This document shows positions 58,917 to 64,000 of a stretch of DNA of 64,000 bases, piece after piece (position 1 is the first letter of the stretch; each line of letters begins with the position of its first letter). The stretch lies in contig CALKOM010000108.1 of the NCBI GenBank assembly GCA_938091905.1, forward strand, positions 1 through 64,000, read 5' to 3'. Made by a program: the position numbers and the translations under genes. This DNA comes from an uncultured Verrucomicrobiales bacterium. Its GTDB lineage: Bacteria > Verrucomicrobiota > Verrucomicrobiia > Verrucomicrobiales > DEV007. The notes below the pieces were generated by a model, which was not told where the DNA came from, made no database searches, and saw only the letters and a list, made by a program, of their open reading frames with translations.

Positions 58917-59717
58917 TTACCCTTCCCCAGCCAGTTGCGCTCGCAACCAGCCCGGGCGGTTTGTGGTGATGGAATCTACCTTGAGTTGGCGAAAGTGTTT
59001 GGCTAGCGCTAGATCATCGACTGTCCAACAATGGAACTCGTAGCCACCCTGTCGCAACTGCTTAACGAATTCAGCGGTCACTTGATCAATGTTTGCATTG
59101 GTATCTAGACCACTCGATTTCGTCTCCGCCAGGGTATTGAAGACATCTTTCCGGCTCGGCTTCATCCGCCCGAGGGTGTTTTCCTTGTAACTGGTGAGCC
59201 AATGGGCTTTGAAATCAGGGAAGTGCTGTCGGCATTGCGTGATGACGTCTTTGCCAAAGCTGATGAAGACCACTTGTTCGGGCTTAAGGACGCTCTTCTT
59301 AAGTGCCGGGATGATTTCCGGGCCACACTTGATTTCGAGAAAGAGCCGTTTGCCCTTTGGAATGATTGCTAGGACTTCATCGAGTGTGGGAACAGGTTCG
59401 CCCTTGAACTTCGGTCCCTTCCACGAACCGACGTCAAGCCGCTGCACTTCCGCTAGACTAAGAGTATGAACATGCTTGGCGAGATTTGCCGTTCGTTTAA
59501 AATCCTCGTCATGGACGCAAATGATGTGTCCGTCTTTCGTTAGGCGGAAATCCCCTTCGATCGCGTCAGCGCCCTGCTTCCAAGCCAAGTGAAACGCCGC
59601 AAGGGTGTTCTCGGGCGCGGTGTGTGAAGCCCCGCGATGGGCGACTATATCTTGTGCGCTTACCGGATGGGTAGCCAACAGAATGGCAAACAATAATGAA
59701 CAGGACCTTGGCGTCAT
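58917..59717 (-). CDS. Glycerophosphodiester phosphodiesterase (GDPD)
   Basis: Signal peptide; IVAHRGAS..APENTLAAF, IEGDFRLTKDG, HD, LEIK, WTVDD, ITTNRP. Confidence 0.93.
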   Translation of the reverse strand: MTPRSCSLLFAILLATHPVSAQDIVAHRGASHTAPENTLAAFHLAWKQGADAIEGDFRLTKDGHIICVHDEDFKRTANLAKHVHTLSLAEVQRLDVGSWKGPKFKGEPVPTLDEVLAIIPKGKRLFLEIKCGPEIIPALKKSVLKPEQVVFISFGKDVITQCRQHFPDFKAHWLTSYKENTLGRMKPSRKDVFNTLAETKSSGLDTNANIDQVTAEFVKQLRQGGYEFHCWTVDDLALAKHFRQLKVDSITTNRPGWLRAQLAGEG

Positions 59718-60154
59718 AGTTCCTCACACTCTTCGAGGTAGGTCTGGAGGTCAAAACCTTCCGCCACCTCGATGACATTCCAGCTGCCGTCCGAATCCAG
59801 CCGGAAGCTTCCAAGGAATTTGTGCGACCACTCCCCTGGCCCAATGATGGAGAGCCGAAGCACGTCCTTCACCCGATAGAGATGATAAGTCTCGCCGAGA
59901 ATGGGTTCGAAACTGAACTCCGCTTCGTAGACCAACTTGTTCCAATTGAATTCGTCGATTACGCGATGGTACTGCTCCTGCAACTCGGTCAGTTGCTGGC
60001 GTAACGCTTTTTGCACCTTGGTCGCTCCACGCGACTTGAACGAGGTCAGGTCCGTCGGGACGATCTTTGGACTGAGCGTCGACGCCGGGTAAGCGAGGAA
60101 GTTCGTCCGTTTCTCGTTATCGGTCTCAGCGAGCGCGATGTCTTCGGCGGTCAT
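59714..60154 (-). CDS. DUF2452-like protein
   Basis: LVYEAEFSFEPILGETYHLY...LSIIGPGEW...GSFRLDSDGSW. Confidence 0.75.
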   Translation of the reverse strand: MTAEDIALAETDNEKRTNFLAYPASTLSPKIVPTDLTSFKSRGATKVQKALRQQLTELQEQYHRVIDEFNWNKLVYEAEFSFEPILGETYHLYRVKDVLRLSIIGPGEWSHKFLGSFRLDSDGSWNVIEVAEGFDLQTYLEECEEL

Positions 60155-60203
60155 ACCGAACCATTACGGCTCTGAGCCCAATGTCGACTATGGAAATTAG
60201 GGT

Positions 60204-60452
60204 CTAGTTGTCCCTGGAGTAGGCCGGCTTTGCAGCCGGGGTTGGCTTTAGGATCCGACCGTGTTTCGCCGACCCTGTAGCGATGCTGCCTGTTCCATAG
60301 AGCGACTCCACAGAAACACCGGCGACGTAAGCCTCGCGGAGCGCGGCTTGAATGTCATCAATATCCCAGCATTGGGTCTTTTCTGTTAAGCCCACTTCTC
60401 TGAGGGGCTGCAATAGCCGAGATCCACTCGGCTGAGTTGTGTCTAGTCTCAT
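60204..60452 (-). CDS. Small hypothetical protein
   Basis: 82 aa ORF (DIQAALREAYVAG) between same-strand genes; no other support. Confidence 0.35.
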   Translation of the reverse strand: MRLDTTQPSGSRLLQPLREVGLTEKTQCWDIDDIQAALREAYVAGVSVESLYGTGSIATGSAKHGRILKPTPAAKPAYSRDN

Positions 60453-60576
60453 TATCTTAGTCTTATTTACGTTCCAAGACTAAGCGAAGTCACCCAGAGT
60501 GCCTGTCGCAGGGAGTGACGATGTCGTAACAATCAGAAACGCCTCGCTTTTACCGCAAGGGATGGAGGAGCCGACT

Positions 60577-61629
60577 CTACTTCTTCACAGGGCGGAACGG
60601 CCAATCTGGGCTGCCTTTTGGATCAGGGAGAACCGGCGTCTTGCCCAGGCCAAAATCCTCTGGCTGGAGATCATGCCCTTCCCAATAACCCTTTTCTCGA
60701 ATGAATCCGTAGAAGCTCGGGTAGAATGGATCGACGTAGTCCACATTCGCTTTCTCAGGCACGTCTAACTTGGTCAAATAGAAGGCGGCATTCACCACCA
60801 TTCGGCGGAGATCTTCATTCAAGAGATCGACAGAGGCTCCCATCGTGGTGCAGAAGGAAACGCCTTTCGTCGTTCCGTTAGGCGCTGTGTAAGGATGTAA
60901 CCAAGCGAGCGGTTGCATGGGATCGTTCTTCTTGCCGGCAACAGGCTTGGACTTGGGATCGAGTGTTTCAGTGACAGCACCGCGCATTAGAATCGTGTCT
61001 TTATCCGTGAGATGAATGACCCCATATACATCCGAAGGGCCAAAGACCTCCTTCACACTGTTGAGAATCGCGTGCTCGGCTTGATCTTGCTCAATCACAC
61101 CAAGGGCTCCTTCGCGTTTGTGGCCGCCGTGATGGCTCACCCATTGTTCACCGAGAATCTTTCTACCAAACTCGTTATACTTCAGACCCCCAAAGTCACC
61201 TTTGCCAGTGAAGGCATGCGTTGCGGTGCGAAGACCGATGACCGGCTTGCCCGCATTGAGGAAGTTGGTTACGTGAACGGCCTCTTCCGCACTTGGCTGG
61301 CGGAAGCGCGTCGCGATGATCATAAGATCGGCACCATTGAGAGCGGCCAGACCTCGCAGACCTTGCTGATTATTAGAATCGATGTATTTGCCCGCCTCGT
61401 CCAAAGCAAACACCACCGTACAGTGGAAGCCGTGATGCTGGCTGAGAATCTTGCCCAGCATGGGGAGAGCCTCTTCTGAACGATACTCCTCATCGCCGGA
61501 AATAAGCACCACGCGCTTGCCCTTGCCGGGGCCCTCCTTGGCTTCCAAGACCAACGTGTCGACCGCCCAACCGGTGAGCGAAAGAAGGAGTGATGCGCAG
61601 AGAATAGAGAATCGTCGTTTCATGATCAT
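60577..61629 (-). CDS. Secreted ThuA-like (class I glutamine-amidotransferase-like) domain protein
   Basis: Signal peptide; VVLISGDEEYRSEE, GKPVIGLRTATHAF, SDVYGV, FCTTMGAS. Confidence 0.85.
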   Translation of the reverse strand: MIMKRRFSILCASLLLSLTGWAVDTLVLEAKEGPGKGKRVVLISGDEEYRSEEALPMLGKILSQHHGFHCTVVFALDEAGKYIDSNNQQGLRGLAALNGADLMIIATRFRQPSAEEAVHVTNFLNAGKPVIGLRTATHAFTGKGDFGGLKYNEFGRKILGEQWVSHHGGHKREGALGVIEQDQAEHAILNSVKEVFGPSDVYGVIHLTDKDTILMRGAVTETLDPKSKPVAGKKNDPMQPLAWLHPYTAPNGTTKGVSFCTTMGASVDLLNEDLRRMVVNAAFYLTKLDVPEKANVDYVDPFYPSFYGFIREKGYWEGHDLQPEDFGLGKTPVLPDPKGSPDWPFRPVKK

Positions 61630-61765
61630 GGAAGGGATGTAACACGGGAGCCGGAATTGGGAAATCTTGAAGTTGGGACGTTCCAAGGGCACCCATTTAT
61701 TTGCACCTTTACAGGTCGGGGATGCGTGTCTAGGATGGCCGACTTTCGCAAGAGCAAGACCCTAT

Positions 61766-62056
61766 ATGAAACGGAAATACGAAGGCGTCATCATCCTCAA
61801 TACCATCGGTAAAGAAGAGAGCATCGATAAGATGGTCAGCCGTGTGGGCGAAACGATCGAATCTGAGGGCGGCAAGCTCCAGCAAATCGACCGTCTCGGC
61901 CGCAAGGACTTTGCCTACCCCTCGAACAAGATTCAGGGCGGATTCTACGTGAACTACTTCTTCGAGGCAGAGCCTGCGTCGATCGAGAAGATCCAGACTG
62001 CGCTAAAGCTGAATGACGAGGTCCACGTCCAACATTATCAGGTCCTCGCGGCCTAG
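61766..62056 (+). CDS. rpsF: 30S ribosomal protein S6
   Basis: KYEGVIIL, GGKL..IDRLGRKDFAYP, GFYVNYFF; upstream of ssb. Confidence 0.93.
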   Translation: MKRKYEGVIILNTIGKEESIDKMVSRVGETIESEGGKLQQIDRLGRKDFAYPSNKIQGGFYVNYFFEAEPASIEKIQTALKLNDEVHVQHYQVLAA

Positions 62057-62076
62057 CGCGAAGCCACTCTCAAGCC

Positions 62077-62547
62077 ATGGCCTCGGTTAACAAAGTCATT
62101 CTCATCGGGAATCTTACTAAAAATCCCGAACTCCGCTACACGCCGAAAGGCACCGCTGTGGCCGAGGTTGGGTTGGCTTGTAATCGTCGCTACAAGGTGG
62201 ACAACGACCTCCGTGAAGAAGTCACCTACATTGACATCACTTTCTGGGGTGCCCAGGCAGAAACGGTGTCAAAGTATCTCGAAAAGGGTCGCTCAGTCTA
62301 CGTCGAGGGGCGTCTCAAGCTCGATCAGTGGGACGATAAAGAAACCGGTAAGAAACGCTCGAAACTGAGTGTGATCGGTGAGATTTGCCAATTTCTCGGG
62401 AGTCGTGGCAGCGGCGACGGCCCCATGGGCGAGGGTGGGGGTGGTTCTCCCCAACGCTCTGCTCCCCAGCAAACCGCTTCATCTCCTCCTCCGTCTACAG
62501 GCTCTGGTCCATTGCAGGACGAAGAGGAAGACGACATCCCTTTTTAG
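62077..62547 (+). CDS. ssb: Single-stranded DNA-binding protein
   Basis: VNKVILIGNLTKNPELRYTP, KGRSVYVEGRL, acidic tail DDIPF. Confidence 0.98.
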   Translation: MASVNKVILIGNLTKNPELRYTPKGTAVAEVGLACNRRYKVDNDLREEVTYIDITFWGAQAETVSKYLEKGRSVYVEGRLKLDQWDDKETGKKRSKLSVIGEICQFLGSRGSGDGPMGEGGGGSPQRSAPQQTASSPPPSTGSGPLQDEEEDDIPF

Positions 62548-62847
62548 GAAGGGATTGTCCATTGCCCACTCAAACCCTGCCAAGGAGGGCAGTGAACTCT
62601 CGCTATCTGTCGGGAGGGCCTTTGACGGCCTCATCACCATCAGTCGAAGAGCGGTGTTCTTCATGGTGGAAGCCCAGTGAGAGATTGATGGCCCGAGTCG
62701 GCTTCTAGACGCCATCACAGCGAAGCGCCCAAGATGCCGACACCAATATAAATAGGCACATGAAGTGGTTTAGCCCCAAACTTTTTGGCTAAGAAATTTA
62801 CCCGAAATTGCTAGGAACGTCAACATGATGACAGTAGCTCCGGAAAC

Positions 62848-63522
62848 CTAGCTACCCGCCACCGTTCTCCGGAATATCCCAAGGTAATTGTTAAACGGTG
62901 TCTTTCCCCAAAGCGGCGTGAAAGTCCCTTCCAGCCCTGCATCACGAAGAAGCCGTTCCGTTCCGTCTTTGTCCGGATAGTTGACTGGGCGGCCTTTCAT
63001 CCAAAAACAGCCGTGGGCAAACCAATCCGCCACACGCGTCACGCGGAATCGCCAGGTGGGTTCTGCCAGTCCGCTGCGAATGACTAAACAGCCGTTTGGC
63101 GCAACCGATGCCGCCACTTGCTGAAGCAAAGCCTGCTGCTGTGGTTCAGTGAAGTATTGCAAGACATCGAGAATCGAAAGATGCCCGAGGAAACTCGGCA
63201 AGGTGTCGCGCACATCGCCTACGCCAAACTCTAGCGCTTCACTATCAGCGCGTTCACTGATGGCCTGGGCCGCACGGATCTTTCGCTCATCATAGTCAAC
63301 TCCCCGAATGGGTGCTTTAAATCCCGCCTGCCTCAAATACCGCGCAAAGAGACCCAACCCACAGCCGATATCGAGAAGCGGTATCTCGCCGTCATCCATG
63401 TCTAACAACGCCAAAGAAGCCGCGAGGTAGAGAGGATCGCTACGCAGTTTCCAATAGCAATACTCGCGGTTCCAGCGACCAGGAAAGGCGTCTGCTAGAG
63501 CTCGGCAAGCTTTCTTGTTCAC
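62848..63522 (-). CDS. Class I SAM-dependent methyltransferase
   Basis: LLDIGCGLG, GVDYD, LDVLQYF, PLWGKTPFNNY. Confidence 0.9.
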   Translation of the reverse strand: MNKKACRALADAFPGRWNREYCYWKLRSDPLYLAASLALLDMDDGEIPLLDIGCGLGLFARYLRQAGFKAPIRGVDYDERKIRAAQAISERADSEALEFGVGDVRDTLPSFLGHLSILDVLQYFTEPQQQALLQQVAASVAPNGCLVIRSGLAEPTWRFRVTRVADWFAHGCFWMKGRPVNYPDKDGTERLLRDAGLEGTFTPLWGKTPFNNYLGIFRRTVAGS

Positions 63523-64000
63523 GGAGCAGGCTGCTCCTGAGTTTCTGCACTGAGTAGACGTTGAATCCCTTCAAGCACACCGAAGCTGGCCCGCCCATTG
63601 CCAATCAAGCCACCCGGCGACCCGGTGACTAACGATTGCACTTCAGGGATCGCATTGTTGGGACACACGCGGTAGTCTGCTACCGTCGGACAGAGCATGG
63701 ACATGTCATTGTGGTTGTCGCCAGCCACACAGATACGCTCTTTCGAGACCCCCAAATGCCGAGCCAGTTCTTGGAGCACCGAGCCCTTATGATAGGCCGC
63801 ATGCGAGAATCTCAAATAGATCGAGTTGCGCTCATAAGACAGCACATCATCATTTTGGGTTTCTTCCTCAATGTATCCACACACCTTCGTCATTTCTTCG
63901 TCGGAGGTCGCAATCACTCCTGGTGTTTCTTCCATGCCTTCAACCCACTGGACTTTCGTCTCTGCTTCGAGCAAGGCTCTTACGCGTTTCAAGAGCTTTC
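63519..64000 (-). CDS. HAD-IIB/Cof-type hydrolase, C-terminal part (cut by window edge)
   Basis: HKGSVL and AGDNHNDMSML motif IV; PNNAIPEV. Confidence 0.85.
   Translation of the reverse strand, partial: KLLKRVRALLEAETKVQWVEGMEETPGVIATSDEEMTKVCGYIEEETQNDDVLSYERNSIYLRFSHAAYHKGSVLQELARHLGVSKERICVAGDNHNDMSMLCPTVADYRVCPNNAIPEVQSLVTGSPGGLIGNGRASFGVLEGIQRLLSAETQEQPAP

Noticed and set aside
60456..60484. Inverted repeat CTTAGTCTT-N11-AAGACTAAG upstream of the 82-aa ORF
   Set aside because: Single occurrence, no nearby regulator, and the ORF itself is weak; insufficient support.
62548..62760. Possible 5S rRNA or other known ncRNA after ssb
   Set aside because: I could not find 5S, SRP, tmRNA or RNase P signature sequences by eye.
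1..64000. Prophage, integrase, retron/DGR, toxin-antitoxin or restriction-modification system
   Set aside because: No recognisable integrase, reverse transcriptase, phage structural, nuclease or DNA methylase motifs in any frame I examined.

Overview
Bacterial chromosomal window, probably Verrucomicrobiota (PVC superphylum). The taxonomy is inferred from gene content: CotH/lamin-tail protein, DUF1501 pair, ThuA-like protein and the RpoA N-terminus. Intact housekeeping genes are ilvN-ilvC, moaA, rpoA-rplQ, rpsF-ssb, ispH, a glnD-like gene, tRNA-Glu(TTC) and tRNA-Ser(CGA). Also intact are a TetR-TolC-MFP-RND efflux operon, a PhnD/C/E/E-type ABC transporter, two ECF sigma/anti-sigma pairs and several large secreted proteins. 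About ten decayed accessory genes and two different ISL3 remnants are interspersed. I see no CRISPR array, prophage or complete defence system, and I cannot claim a fully novel system. Best leads: (1) a full-length GlnD-like uridylyltransferase whose HD (removing) site appears lost; (2) a membrane protein + wHTH + IspH unit with the same palindromic operator in front of the first gene and of ispH; (3) rpoA-rplQ detached from the alpha operon, with a long structured leader; (4) tandem repeats of the tRNA-Ser 3' end; (5) a blue-copper/PA14 + beta-propeller pair and a two-CxxCH + Tat-DUF1501 pair; (6) selective pseudogenisation suggesting ongoing genome erosion. All family assignments come from motif recognition by eye, not from database searches.
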